Assembly (NCBI GenBank): GCA_903877885.1 | Contig: CAIRFN010000005.1 | Location: 17,956-81,955 of the forward strand | Origin: an uncultured Candidatus Berkelbacteria bacterium | Lineage (GTDB): Bacteria > Patescibacteriota > UBA1384 > UBA12157 | Direction of reading: 5' to 3' | DNA: 64,000 bases | In this document: positions 27,490 to 37,839 of the stretch, piece after piece | How the letters are laid out: each line of letters opens with the position of its first letter | How positions within the stretch are numbered: position 1 is the first letter of the stretch | Notes under the pieces: model-generated | Database searches by the model: none | The model's input: only the letters and a program-made list of their open reading frames with translations | What the model was told of the DNA's origin: nothing | Translations under genes and position numbers: made by a program

Positions 27490-30063
27490 ATGAAAAAATT
27501 TCTTATTACAAATTCCGGGCTGTTTTTAACGATTTTAATCGGTTTAATTTTATTAGGCTGTTTTGGTATTCACCAGCACCTTAATGCTGATTTTTTAAGT
27601 TTAGCTCCTGGAGTCGCCCATGCCGAACCTTTAGACCAAGAATTGAGAACCGGCGGACCAGCTTGGATCTACACCGTTTGGCGCATTACTTTAAGTTTAG
27701 CCAATGTTTTTGTTGGCGTAATTTTATTATTTTTCGCGTTTGTCAATATTGCCCATATTGATTACGACACGCTCCAGCTTAAAAAAACTTTTCCTGGTTT
27801 GATTACTGGCATTATTATGGCTAACTTCAGTTTGGTTATCTGTCGAATGATGGTCGATATTGCCTCAATCTTAACCTTAACTTTTACTCAAGATTCCACA
27901 GCAATGGTTAATGGTATTCTCTGCTCTTTAACCTTTACTCCTCAAACTACTACTAGTGGGCTGGTCACTTTAGGTATTGCTGTCGGTGCTATTTCCGCCT
28001 TCGGCGGCCCCTTATTATTACTTTTGATTTTAATTTTGGTGGCAGTATTTTTAGGTGTTCTTTTCTTGTCGTTAATGATGCTAATTCGTAAATCAATCAT
28101 CGAAGTTTTAGCCGCCGTTGCTCCTTTAGCCTTCATTATGCTCGCCTTTCCCCCAACCGAAACCTATTTTAAAAAATGGTGGGAATGGTTTTTAAGTTGG
28201 ACTTTTATGGGTCCAATTATGATGGCTTTACTTTGGATTGCTGGTCAAGTCGGCGGCCATTGCGGCGACCCGTTTAGTATGACTCGTACCTTAGCGGTTT
28301 TGGCTTTGGTTTATTTAGCCGCCACTGTTCCATTTAGTATGGGCGGAGTGATTATGGGCGCGATTAAAAAAACTGCTCAAGGTGCCTACAAAGTTGCTTC
28401 TAATAATCCTTGGAGCAAAGCCAGCACGGCAAAAATGAAACAGAAAGCTGGAAACTGGTTTAATAAAACTGGTATTGGTCAATCGTGGCGCAATGCCGAA
28501 GCAACAACCGAAGATTATAACAAACTTTATGATACTCAAGCTAAAGGCGCTCAAGATGAAGCAAGAAGAGGACGAGCACCAAGGGAACAAAGCGAGATCG
28601 ATATGCAAATGAAAGCCGCTCAAGATATCACTGCCGATATCAGTGCAAGAGTTGAAGAAAATTTAAACCGAATGGAAGCTGGTCAACTTCTTGATGGTTT
28701 AACGAATGACGATGTTCAACGCTTTACTGGTCACGCTACCGCACAAGCAGCTGCTAGCCAATTTGTTCGCAATGCCGCTAGAGTTAATCAAGCCAAAAAA
28801 GCAATTGCTAAACGACGTGCTTTAGATATTTTTACTATGGCTCGTCATAATAACGAAGCTAATACTCAAGTAAGAAATGCGATGAGAGCAAGATTGACTG
28901 AAACAGAACTTCCAACAAATGATCCAAATTATCATGCTTTTGTAAATAACCAGGACGGTGTTACAGCCACAGTTTATGATTCAAATAGGCAAGCCAGAGG
29001 TCGGCAAAATTTTACTCATGCTGACTTAGTCGACCAGGCTGCAGATTGGAGACTTAACGGTAAAAAAGCTGCACAAGGGAGTCAACAACAACAAGAATGT
29101 TTTCGAATCGCTCAAGAATATGAGCAACAAGCACAAGCCTTCCAAGATGCCAATCCACAAGTATATGACTATCAAGCAGTACTTGACCGAAATTTATCAG
29201 GTCGTCAATTTGCAGAAATTAATACTGTTCATGTAGATGAAGCTAAAACTGAAGAAATGAATACTACAGGTTTCAATGTCCTTGCAGATACAAGAAAACG
29301 AAATCCTGGCGATTTAAGAAGATTTGGTACCGCAGAAATTCGCGGTACAGACGAAGACTTTGATCGATTTTTAAGAGGAGAGCAACATTTGAATGAAGGT
29401 TTTGGAAATGACGCCTCTCTAATTAAACGAGACGCGACAATGGGTCATGCAAGAAAAGGTGTCAGTAGTGGTGATGTAGCGGGTGTATATGCACTTAATG
29501 ACATTGTAAATCGCATCCAAGAAGCTAGAGAAGTTTGGCGCGGCGATCCTAATCATATACGAACTGTACGTAATGTCCATGGCCAAGATATTCAAATTGA
29601 TGAAGGGGAGTCTAAGGCTAATTTATTTCAAGATAGCCTCGAACGCCTGACTATTCCAGCTCAAAGACAACACATGGAAGAGCAAATCTATAATCAATAC
29701 CGTGAATCATTGCCTCCAGCAGCACAAGCTCATTTGCGAGATCTTACTGGACTAAATCCAACACAAAGACAAACGGAGGTTAATTCACTATTACCCGGTC
29801 AAAGAACAGTCGCATTACGTAATTTTGATCTAACTCGTTTATCTCCTTCTGACCGAGGTGATGGAATTATTCATAAATCATTTTTAAGAAATGTCTATGG
29901 TGGTGTAGAACGTGATGAAAATTTACGTTTTGGTGAAAGTTCTGGCGCAACAGCGGGGAGATCACCGGCCGCCGGTGATGCCCACCCGCTTACTAATCCA
30001 ACACCCAGAAACCAACAAGGTCAGAATCCTGGACAAAATCCAGGCCCAGGAACCGGTCCATAA
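27490..30063 (+). CDS. VirB6/TrbL-like type IV secretion membrane protein with long soluble tail
   Basis: Multi-TM region with MANFSLVICRMMVD and LAAVAPLAF..LAFP.T..YFKKWW pattern. Confidence 0.7.
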   Translation: MKKFLITNSGLFLTILIGLILLGCFGIHQHLNADFLSLAPGVAHAEPLDQELRTGGPAWIYTVWRITLSLANVFVGVILLFFAFVNIAHIDYDTLQLKKTFPGLITGIIMANFSLVICRMMVDIASILTLTFTQDSTAMVNGILCSLTFTPQTTTSGLVTLGIAVGAISAFGGPLLLLLILILVAVFLGVLFLSLMMLIRKSIIEVLAAVAPLAFIMLAFPPTETYFKKWWEWFLSWTFMGPIMMALLWIAGQVGGHCGDPFSMTRTLAVLALVYLAATVPFSMGGVIMGAIKKTAQGAYKVASNNPWSKASTAKMKQKAGNWFNKTGIGQSWRNAEATTEDYNKLYDTQAKGAQDEARRGRAPREQSEIDMQMKAAQDITADISARVEENLNRMEAGQLLDGLTNDDVQRFTGHATAQAAASQFVRNAARVNQAKKAIAKRRALDIFTMARHNNEANTQVRNAMRARLTETELPTNDPNYHAFVNNQDGVTATVYDSNRQARGRQNFTHADLVDQAADWRLNGKKAAQGSQQQQECFRIAQEYEQQAQAFQDANPQVYDYQAVLDRNLSGRQFAEINTVHVDEAKTEEMNTTGFNVLADTRKRNPGDLRRFGTAEIRGTDEDFDRFLRGEQHLNEGFGNDASLIKRDATMGHARKGVSSGDVAGVYALNDIVNRIQEAREVWRGDPNHIRTVRNVHGQDIQIDEGESKANLFQDSLERLTIPAQRQHMEEQIYNQYRESLPPAAQAHLRDLTGLNPTQRQTEVNSLLPGQRTVALRNFDLTRLSPSDRGDGIIHKSFLRNVYGGVERDENLRFGESSGATAGRSPAAGDAHPLTNPTPRNQQGQNPGQNPGPGTGP

Positions 30064-30224
30064 CCGCAAGGTCCTAACCCTGGTCCAATTCCAGCACCTA
30101 GACCGGCTGGTGCTCCAAATCCTGCGCCACAGCCGCCACAAAGTCCACAAAACCCACCAGCGCCAACTGGGCCGGCCGGTGCCCCGCCAGTAGTTTAGTA
30201 AACATATAATTAAGTTAAAAAAAT

Positions 30225-31046
30225 ATGAACAATGATTTAGATGACAATTCATACCTTCAAGGACCAACTGCCGAAACCTTAGCTATGGCTGATGAATTAA
30301 CAGCTAATGATTTTGAAACGCTAAAAAATCAGTACGGCGAGAAGAAACTATTTGATAAAGTTTTTCGATTTGACGCTAATTACTATTCGGCGGCCGATGA
30401 ATTAAGAGCTAGACGGCATCAACTGGTCATCAATTTTTATCCAACCGATAAAGATCTTTCCTTGTCTAACAAACAAAAAAATCAAATTGTTGATCTTTTA
30501 GCTAATTCCCCAACTGACGCTAATCAATTACTAATAGATCTAAAAACAGTCAATCCAGATCTAACGATTAACCCTGGAATAGATGTTAATAGTATTATTG
30601 CGCGAAGTCAATTGATTAAAAATGCGTTTTCTGTACTTGAAAATCTAATGCTTGATAATTTTAGTTATGACTATCTTCAAGACACAATGTTATTCTATAA
30701 AATCGAAGATCAAAAGCTAGCGGAACTTGAAATTCAAATTAAAAATATCTCTGAAAAAATGGCTGATCAACTCGAAAAATTAGCTAAAAACGATTTTAAA
30801 ACTGATGAAACAATCGCGACCGACGCAATTGGAATATTAGCCAAACTCGGTCGAACGCAACTATTTGTCAGTGAAGGAAATGAAGGAAAGAACCTAGGTC
30901 AATTAGTTGAAATCTTTGGCCGATTCGATTTAGCTCTAACTGCGGCAAAAAATTTAAAGACAAAAATCTCTGGCACCAATGACAATCTAGAGCAGTCAGC
31001 ATTAGCAGAAATTAAGCTACTTCTAAAAAACGATATCGATATTTAA
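30225..31046 (+). CDS. Hypothetical protein
   Basis: 273-aa ORF co-oriented with the VirB6-like gene. Confidence 0.75.
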   Translation: MNNDLDDNSYLQGPTAETLAMADELTANDFETLKNQYGEKKLFDKVFRFDANYYSAADELRARRHQLVINFYPTDKDLSLSNKQKNQIVDLLANSPTDANQLLIDLKTVNPDLTINPGIDVNSIIARSQLIKNAFSVLENLMLDNFSYDYLQDTMLFYKIEDQKLAELEIQIKNISEKMADQLEKLAKNDFKTDETIATDAIGILAKLGRTQLFVSEGNEGKNLGQLVEIFGRFDLALTAAKNLKTKISGTNDNLEQSALAEIKLLLKNDIDI

Positions 31047-31076
31047 AATCAACTGGATTTGACAGATTATTCCCCC

Positions 31077-31105
31077 TTGACAACAGGGGAGTTTTGTGGT
31101 ATATT
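31077..31105 (+). promoter_or_regulatory. Sigma70-type promoter
   Basis: TTGACA-N17-TATATT with extended TG. Confidence 0.7.
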
Positions 31106-31278
31106 TATATGTTCTGAAATTGATGAGGTGAAAGATTATTTTACCCCTCAAGTCAGTTGCATAGATTGACAATTGAATACAAATATTACTCTGACCCAGT
31201 GGGCAAATTAGCCCCTGGCAAGGCACCAGTTTAACCTGATGCTGCGTCCGGGCTGATGAGGCCCAAGGAGAAAGAAAA

Positions 31279-32241
31279 ATGCAGAAATTCCTCTTGATTG
31301 CCATGATGGCAATCACTCTGTTATCCCTCACCAACAGCGCCTTCGGTCAGAAGGTGGTTGGAACACTGGTCGTCAAAGCGACAACCAGTACGACAACAAG
31401 CGGTGTTCCTGTGCCTGACGGTGCAGTTGAACAGCCGCCAACGCCGAAAGCGCAAACAACCCCTGCGCCAGTAGTGTCCGACCGTGTCAATATCAATGAC
31501 CTTCGGGTCAAAAAATTGACAATCGACAACGTGAAAGTACATGTCGATCGTCGGTCAGGTAATGTCGTAGCGGACGGGGCAAGACCAGCAAGTCATCATG
31601 TTGCCCGTCGCCCGACCATCGGAACCAGTCCGGTCGTAGTCAAAAAAATCTCCGGATTAGAGACGACTGTCTACGGCGGCAGGAAGTCGACTGGTTTGGT
31701 CGGGAAAGTCGCAAAAATCGACACTCGGCTAACCGACGCCGAGACTAACATCTCGACATTAAATGAAAACTGCACCACAGCCCAAACAACTGCAGATGGA
31801 GCTAAAACAGCTGCAGAGGAAGCCAAAGCGATGGCAACTGGAGCTAACGAGAAAATAAATAGTTTAGCTGCCGGAATCGGGCTGACTAAGTGGGTTGCCT
31901 GGATCGCTTTGATCTTGGCGATTTGCTTGGCCTGCTTGGCTGGCTATAACTACTTCCGAAAGGAAAGAACTGGTGTGAGTAAGGACGAGCTTGACACTTT
32001 AGGGCGTCAGGTTGTTATTAACAATATCAACCTCAAGGATCAGCTTGAAGGAATCAACCGAGAGATCGCCGATCTTAAGCGAAGTATCAACACTTCGTCG
32101 GAACCCGACGCCGAACCGGAGGCAACCCCTAGGCCGCCGTTCGACTTCTCGCGTTTTCACATGCCAAAACCCGAGCCTGAACCGCTCGCCGCGACTAAGG
32201 AAGATCTTCAGGGCGCAGTCGACGACGCGGTCATAGCATAA
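31279..32241 (+). CDS. Exported, membrane-anchored coiled-coil hypothetical protein
   Basis: AAGGAG RBS, signal peptide, coiled coil, TM segment WVAWIALILAICL. Confidence 0.75.
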   Translation: MQKFLLIAMMAITLLSLTNSAFGQKVVGTLVVKATTSTTTSGVPVPDGAVEQPPTPKAQTTPAPVVSDRVNINDLRVKKLTIDNVKVHVDRRSGNVVADGARPASHHVARRPTIGTSPVVVKKISGLETTVYGGRKSTGLVGKVAKIDTRLTDAETNISTLNENCTTAQTTADGAKTAAEEAKAMATGANEKINSLAAGIGLTKWVAWIALILAICLACLAGYNYFRKERTGVSKDELDTLGRQVVINNINLKDQLEGINREIADLKRSINTSSEPDAEPEATPRPPFDFSRFHMPKPEPEPLAATKEDLQGAVDDAVIA

Positions 32242-32310
32242 CACAACAAAACCCCAACGAAATCTTGCAGGAGGCAAGAGAGTAGTTGGGGTTTTAAAAT
32301 ACTTAAAAAT

Positions 32311-32347
32311 AGATTCCGGATCCTGTCGCCAACCGGTCCGGAATGAC
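32311..32347 (-). repeat. Family A single arm
   Basis: agattccggatcctgtcgccaaccggtccggaatgac. Confidence 0.85.
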
Positions 32348-32355
32348 ATTTGACG

Positions 32356-33969
32356 TCACATCAAATTCCAATTCATCTTAATATCAACCTTGCCTTTATT
32401 AGGCGGTAATTTGATTCTATTTGGCACGAATAAGCCCTCGCTTAAACCAGCTATTTCGCAGAAATTTTCCATAGCCGTCTTAGGAACAAATTTTCCTTCA
32501 TACCAACCACCGGCTGCATCAATTTCTTTTTGCATAAGGTCCGAAGCAATCTTTTCATACTGATTTTGTAAACTTATTCGTTTAATGAAATTCCAGGCGC
32601 CTTTGGCTGCTTTAATTTCTTGGCGTAAATGATCTAATGACATTGAGCCGGAAATAGTTTCCATAGATCGTTCAGCTCTTTCGGTTGGCTCTAGTATTGA
32701 AGCCGACCCGGCACCAACTCCACCACTGCCGCTGGCTTCTATAATCGGCGCCGAAGGCGGTAAAACCGGTTCTGGCGCACTTTCGGCTGGTTCTGACGGT
32801 ATTGCGGGTGATTCAAATACCGAAGGCGCAGCTGGCGTCGCCGGTAATTCTGGACTTGACACTGGCACTGGAGCGACTGCCGGTTGAGGTAAATCGTTTA
32901 ATTTCCACGGCGAATTTTCGCCTTCTGCTGGCTTACGCGGTTTGGAACCAAAAATCTTCGCGCCTAAAATACCGAAAGCCGACGCTATTTGAGCCCAATC
33001 CTTAAATTCCAAACCACGACCTAAAACATGACCAATCTCGTCAACAAAAGGTTCGATCGTTAATTTTGCCCCCATTTGAATGGCTTCAGCAGATGCCCTC
33101 GCATACTCGGACATATTATTATATATGAAATGACCGCCATGCATATTCCAGACAACCCTGTGACCAGCATCAAGTGCCACTTGGCCAACCTTTGTCGCCT
33201 CCGCCGCTTTATGAAAACCAAGGGGAATACCATTGAGTAAACCTGTTGCCAAAGTCGCGACCGATGATACAATCCCTCGACCTAATTTCCAGTTCTGTTC
33301 GCTTTTCATATTTTTCTGCTGCGCTTCAATGACAGCATTTTCTTTTTCTTTAATGCCAATTATCAGATCTGCAAAATTATCATCGGTCATTTCTGCACCA
33401 TGTTCGCGTAGAGCTAACTTTGCTACTTCAATTGCTTCTGTTAATTCATTTTGAGCCGCCAGTTCTAAATTAGTACGCTTATTACCCCAACCAACTTCTT
33501 CAACAACTTGAATTAAGCCGTCAATACCAACCTGTAATCCCTTGCTCCAAAGCGGAGCGGTAAAAACACCAGCACCACTCATTACCATCACTGTCGCTGT
33601 ACCAAGACCGCCAGAAACTTTAGATAAAATTCCCATCCACTTGCGATATCGCGGCGTTTTTTCCCATTCGCCAAGAGTATCTAGCTCAATACTTCCATCT
33701 TCTTTTTCTGTGTAAAATCTTTCACCGACACGATTAAAAAATTGATTGATTTCGCCAAGTGTTTTACTTCCAAACGCCCCTTTGTATCTTTCAGCGGCTC
33801 TGGCGTCATCACGATCAACTAATTCTTTAATTTCATCAATCAACCATTGTTCATAGTTTAATGGCTCTTCTTCAGGTTCAACTGGCGTTTCATGAAGCGT
33901 GATTTCAGGACCTAATTCTGGCCTGACAGTGGCTTCGGCAGAATGATCAATCGGAGTTGTTTCTTGCAT
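32356..33969 (-). CDS. Hypothetical protein with Gly-rich hydrophobic helices and Pro-rich linker
   Basis: 537-aa ORF with GGAG RBS. Confidence 0.8.
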   Translation of the reverse strand: MQETTPIDHSAEATVRPELGPEITLHETPVEPEEEPLNYEQWLIDEIKELVDRDDARAAERYKGAFGSKTLGEINQFFNRVGERFYTEKEDGSIELDTLGEWEKTPRYRKWMGILSKVSGGLGTATVMVMSGAGVFTAPLWSKGLQVGIDGLIQVVEEVGWGNKRTNLELAAQNELTEAIEVAKLALREHGAEMTDDNFADLIIGIKEKENAVIEAQQKNMKSEQNWKLGRGIVSSVATLATGLLNGIPLGFHKAAEATKVGQVALDAGHRVVWNMHGGHFIYNNMSEYARASAEAIQMGAKLTIEPFVDEIGHVLGRGLEFKDWAQIASAFGILGAKIFGSKPRKPAEGENSPWKLNDLPQPAVAPVPVSSPELPATPAAPSVFESPAIPSEPAESAPEPVLPPSAPIIEASGSGGVGAGSASILEPTERAERSMETISGSMSLDHLRQEIKAAKGAWNFIKRISLQNQYEKIASDLMQKEIDAAGGWYEGKFVPKTAMENFCEIAGLSEGLFVPNRIKLPPNKGKVDIKMNWNLM

Positions 33970-33972
33970 AAT

Positions 33973-34311
33973 TTACTCCTTTTGACTTTTTACTTTTTTG
34001 GCCAAGTCGATCAGTTTGATTTTTTCCAACAAGGTTTCTTCAACCACTAACTGACCAAGATTGATGTTTTTGCTTTCCAAAAACTTTAGAGTTTCCTCGT
34101 CTTGATCTTTAGCCATCAAATCAGTAAAAATCGATTTGTCTGCTTCAGCCAATAAATCGTCGATTCTAACCGCCACCCGACTTTGAATCCCCCGATTTAA
34201 CTGGTTTATGAGTTCCGCTTTTTTATCATCTGACAGATGGTCAAGTCCCATGAGTTCAAAGATATCGCCTTCGATTAAATCTTCCGGCGTAACATTAACT
34301 AAGTTAGACAT
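33973..34311 (-). CDS. DUF5663-like protein
   Basis: DIFELMGLDHLSDDKKAELINQL pattern; AGGAGG RBS. Confidence 0.65.
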   Translation of the reverse strand: MSNLVNVTPEDLIEGDIFELMGLDHLSDDKKAELINQLNRGIQSRVAVRIDDLLAEADKSIFTDLMAKDQDEETLKFLESKNINLGQLVVEETLLEKIKLIDLAKKVKSQKE

Positions 34312-34350
34312 TTGCCTCCTTACTTTACCTTTCTAGCATAGATTAACCTC

Positions 34351-34379
34351 TTGACAAATGTCAAATTATATGGTATATT
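34351..34379 (+). promoter_or_regulatory. Sigma70-type promoter
   Basis: TTGACA-N17-TATATT with extended TG. Confidence 0.7.
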
Positions 34380-34448
34380 ACGATGTTATTGCTAGAAGAA
34401 TATTTTAGCAATTTAGTATATTAAAAATCAAGCTTAAGGAGAGGAAAA

Positions 34449-34949
34449 ATGCCAGAAAAGACTACCGGTGAGCCGGTGAAGTTCATCCCTTTGTCCATGG
34501 TTGGTTCTCTCGTCAATATGGTTGTTGAGAAAATCAAGGCATGGCTGGTCACCACCTATTTAAAATCGATCATTGATCGATTGGAAAAAGTCGAAGCGGA
34601 TTTAAACCCGCCCGACGAGTTCTTCACACAGCAATTCGATGTGATTAACGAAGGGATAAAAAAAATCATCGATGAGCGCTTGGCGAAGGTTCGTCAGGAG
34701 GTCTACGACCAACTGAAGCAAGAGCTTAGTTCGTCGCTGACGATTCTCTCCTCCGAGGAAGAAGCCAAGACGATCGAGCAGGCTCGCGCCGAGCGCGATG
34801 CTCGAAACAAAGAGTTGCGCGACATTGCTCCACCAACGCCGCCTGCGCCAACTCCAACGACTACCGTCAAACGCACAGAGCGCGTCGTCAAACCCGACAC
34901 CGCTACCCCCACCGTCAAGAAGCCGCGGCTCGCGCCACCGAGCATCTAA
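34449..34949 (+). CDS. Hypothetical coiled-coil protein
   Basis: 166-aa ORF with purine-rich RBS. Confidence 0.7.
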   Translation: MPEKTTGEPVKFIPLSMVGSLVNMVVEKIKAWLVTTYLKSIIDRLEKVEADLNPPDEFFTQQFDVINEGIKKIIDERLAKVRQEVYDQLKQELSSSLTILSSEEEAKTIEQARAERDARNKELRDIAPPTPPAPTPTTTVKRTERVVKPDTATPTVKKPRLAPPSI

Positions 34950-34966
34950 AATCAAGGAGAAGGAAC

Positions 34967-36037
34967 ATGGGAATCGAAACCAAAGAACCCCGCCAAATCG
35001 GGGCGCTGAACATTATGCTATCAGGACTTGTCCTGGATGAGCAGAACCCTCCGAAGGATGGATGGGTCTACTACAAAATGATGGAAAATGAAACCCTGGT
35101 ATTAAATTTTGTCGACAGTCGCGAAAAAGTCCTCGAAGCGGCCGAAGCCGTATTTAACACCTCGGCAGAAATTTCCGTGGCCAAACGCGCGCACAAGGAA
35201 TTCAAAGCGCTTTTGGTTGGGTACAAAGAGGCTGTCACCGCCTTTGAAAAAGCGGTTCATAGCCCAGGCGTAGTACAAACGCAAGAGGTTATCGGTCTCG
35301 GCGGTCGTAATCGTTGGCAACGGATAATTATCTACGACCTCGAAGATGAAGAGATCGAGGGTGATATGGTCGCCTGTCGAATCTACGGTGATGCCCGGAG
35401 TTGGTTTTTTAACCCGTTCTGGTGTGTGAACCTGGATAACGGCGGCGTCTACCCGGTTTTGGCACCGATCGGTAAACAAGCGGTCATCGTCGACCGTAAC
35501 GGTAGCACCATCCGGTTCTGCTGTTACTCTCACGAAGACGGTTGGGTTGTCGAGACATTCGACAAGCGTAAGCCTGTCAAAGCGCCACCGACACTACCGA
35601 AAACGACCGAGAAACTGGCACCGCCCCCACCGCCTGACGACAAACCGGAAGCAACAGTGATATCGGAAGTCCCCATCATCTGCCCGGAATGTGAAGCCGA
35701 AATCGGCGTACCGTTCCTCGACTATCAGGAGGCAGGCACGATTAGCTGTCCGAACTGTAAAACCAGTATCGGACCATTAATCAATGGCTCCACCCTCCTG
35801 ACCGCCGACGCCGTCGGTGTCAAGGTGGGACTGAATGAACAAATGATAGTGACGCTCGGCGAACAAAACCAGCCGATCTACACCATCGCCGGATTGGCCG
35901 GTATGGGCGACAGCGATCTTCGCAAGATGCTAAAGCTCAAACGAACATCGGAAGCGGCCACGATTATCTTGGCTGCCCAGGCATTTATGCCTGACGACAA
36001 TCCCGAGGAAGATGCGGATCAGGAGGATCCGCAATAA
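34967..36037 (+). CDS. Hypothetical protein with zinc ribbon
   Basis: CPEC...CPNC; AAGGAG RBS. Confidence 0.75.
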   Translation: MGIETKEPRQIGALNIMLSGLVLDEQNPPKDGWVYYKMMENETLVLNFVDSREKVLEAAEAVFNTSAEISVAKRAHKEFKALLVGYKEAVTAFEKAVHSPGVVQTQEVIGLGGRNRWQRIIIYDLEDEEIEGDMVACRIYGDARSWFFNPFWCVNLDNGGVYPVLAPIGKQAVIVDRNGSTIRFCCYSHEDGWVVETFDKRKPVKAPPTLPKTTEKLAPPPPPDDKPEATVISEVPIICPECEAEIGVPFLDYQEAGTISCPNCKTSIGPLINGSTLLTADAVGVKVGLNEQMIVTLGEQNQPIYTIAGLAGMGDSDLRKMLKLKRTSEAATIILAAQAFMPDDNPEEDADQEDPQ

Positions 36038-36054
36038 CATCAAAAGGAGGAATT

Positions 36055-36120
36055 AGGCCGGCTCGAAAGAGCCGGCCTTTTCCATACTTAAAAGCCCGGC
36101 GCGTAAGCGCCGGGCTTTTT
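36055..36120. terminator. Two tandem terminator hairpins between convergent genes
   Basis: GGCCGGCTC-gaaa-GAGCCGGCC-TTTT and AAAGCCCGGCGC-gtaa-GCGCCGGGCTTT. Confidence 0.85.
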
Positions 36121-36139
36121 CGTGGCATCAAAATGCCAA

Positions 36140-36703
36140 CTAAAAATCGATAAAAAGATAGGAAGGACCGCGGGAAAAATTCCAATCCACCATTCGGCCG
36201 CCGTTTAAGGCCGGACCAAGAATCAATTGAACGAAATCGCCGCGATCGTAATGGTTGAGAAAAAACCCTCGAACCGAGAGATTTTGTTGCCGTAAGCAAC
36301 CGAGGAACTCGATATTCCTTTCAATCGAGAGCTCGCCAGACATATCGGCATTCGGCGTCAGCCACTTGAGTTGCAATTTGGTCTTCGGAACTTTGGACTC
36401 AACCGAGTCCGCCTCTTCCTGAACCTTAACCAATTCTACTAGCCAAGCATCTTGCAGCTGGCTAATAAGATGAGCAATAATCCTTCCGGGAATAATCATA
36501 TTCCGGAAGGCTTCAACAGGTTCGCCGGCGCCTTTAATCGACCTACCATGAAACTCGTGCTCATATTCGCCACCCAAAGCAGCAGAAAGAGCATTTTGCG
36601 TTTCACGGTCAGCTTCGCGCCGCGGCCAACTGATAATATCATGGCCGAGAATGTTTTCCAGCCGGATTATAGAAATCCGATCCACTGGCAAAATCATCGC
36701 CAT
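36140..36703 (-). CDS. Hypothetical protein
   Basis: GGAGG RBS; consensus promoter at 36741-36769. Confidence 0.7.
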   Translation of the reverse strand: MAMILPVDRISIIRLENILGHDIISWPRREADRETQNALSAALGGEYEHEFHGRSIKGAGEPVEAFRNMIIPGRIIAHLISQLQDAWLVELVKVQEEADSVESKVPKTKLQLKWLTPNADMSGELSIERNIEFLGCLRQQNLSVRGFFLNHYDRGDFVQLILGPALNGGRMVDWNFSRGPSYLFIDF

Positions 36704-36740
36704 TTCCTCCTTTTTTTATTCAATTTTCAAAGAACATTGT

Positions 36741-36808
36741 ATTATACCTTAAAATTGTCTGAATGTCAAGAGAAAGCTCTTGACAAATAGTCAACAATGT
36801 AGTATAGT
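36741..36808. promoter_or_regulatory. Back-to-back divergent sigma70 promoters
   Basis: Minus strand TTGACA-N17-TATAAT (36741-36769); plus strand TTGACA-N17-TATAGT (36780-36808). Confidence 0.8.
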
Positions 36809-36938
36809 TGGTTGTTATCTTCCGGAAGATAACATTGGCAAAGAGAAAAGGAGTTTCGTAGCTAAGAAGTTCGTAAGCTACGTAGCGCATTACAGATAGT
36901 TTCTGCCTAATCAAGCCTATACACAAGGAGACGAGTCA

Positions 36939-37664
36939 ATGCAACTCGCAGATTTCGTCAAAGACACAAATCCGGAGACCTATGCTGCCTTAACAAATGA
37001 GACAACGCAGGCCGAGGGAGCGACGCAAGTGCCGAGAAGTACACAACGGCCGATGCCAATCGCTGCAAATGTCCTGGACACCAGCAACTTCATCTTTAAC
37101 ACCAAAGTGATGACCCTGATGTTCCCGTTACCGCAGTCAGCGGCAACAATCACTGTCCCGATTCGTGATCGCGGTCAAAAGGCCGGCTTCAAACTGAAGC
37201 CGATTCACGACTTAAAATTCACAATCGTCGGGTACCCGACCGGTCGGATCCTTAGCACTATTGCCAAGAAAATGTCCGACCATCAGTTTGATTCCTTTGT
37301 CTGGCAAATCGAACAGCTCATTCGCCAAACAAACTGGAATTGGCAAGTCGCCGCCGATAAGGCTGGCAATGCCCAGTATTGGGAACTTTCCCGCGCTTAC
37401 CTGGAAGAGGTCAACTCACCGGATGGTAAAGGCAAGTATACCAGAGAAAACCGCCGCGGTTCAATCATCGCCTTGATCGATCTGCCGGGGTTGGAAGGTT
37501 TCTACTGCGAGCTGGAAAAGCTCGTCAGTAAGGCCGCTAACAAATCGACCACCCTGCCACGACCTGCCACCTACATCACCCTGATGGTGAAAGGTGCTAA
37601 TCAGGACGGCATTGGCATAAGCTCTCCCGACGAATTGGAAACGTACAAAGTCAAACGATGGTAA
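36939..37664 (+). CDS. Hypothetical protein
   Basis: 241-aa ORF with AAGGAG RBS. Confidence 0.7.
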   Translation: MQLADFVKDTNPETYAALTNETTQAEGATQVPRSTQRPMPIAANVLDTSNFIFNTKVMTLMFPLPQSAATITVPIRDRGQKAGFKLKPIHDLKFTIVGYPTGRILSTIAKKMSDHQFDSFVWQIEQLIRQTNWNWQVAADKAGNAQYWELSRAYLEEVNSPDGKGKYTRENRRGSIIALIDLPGLEGFYCELEKLVSKAANKSTTLPRPATYITLMVKGANQDGIGISSPDELETYKVKRW

Positions 37665-37750
37665 TATTTTCTCTGGGAGGAGAGCAGTCGAAACAGGAGG
37701 TCTAGACTTAAATCACAGCGCTCATGATGAGCGCTTTTTAAATACAGACC

Positions 37751-37790
37751 AAAAGGACAGTCCTTCAGCGCGTTAAAGGACTGTCCTTTT
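37751..37790. repeat. Family B palindrome, followed by a heptamer tract at 37800-37834
   Basis: aaaaggacagtccttcagcgcgttaaaggactgtcctttt. Confidence 0.85.
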
Positions 37791-37839
37791 GGATAATCTG
37801 ACACTTGATACCAGATACCAAATGCTATATACTTGACCC

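Noticed and set aside
31191-31278. Hammerhead-like CTGATGAG in the leader
   Set aside because: No stem II leading to a GAAA core can be formed; only a short GGGC/GCCC hairpin
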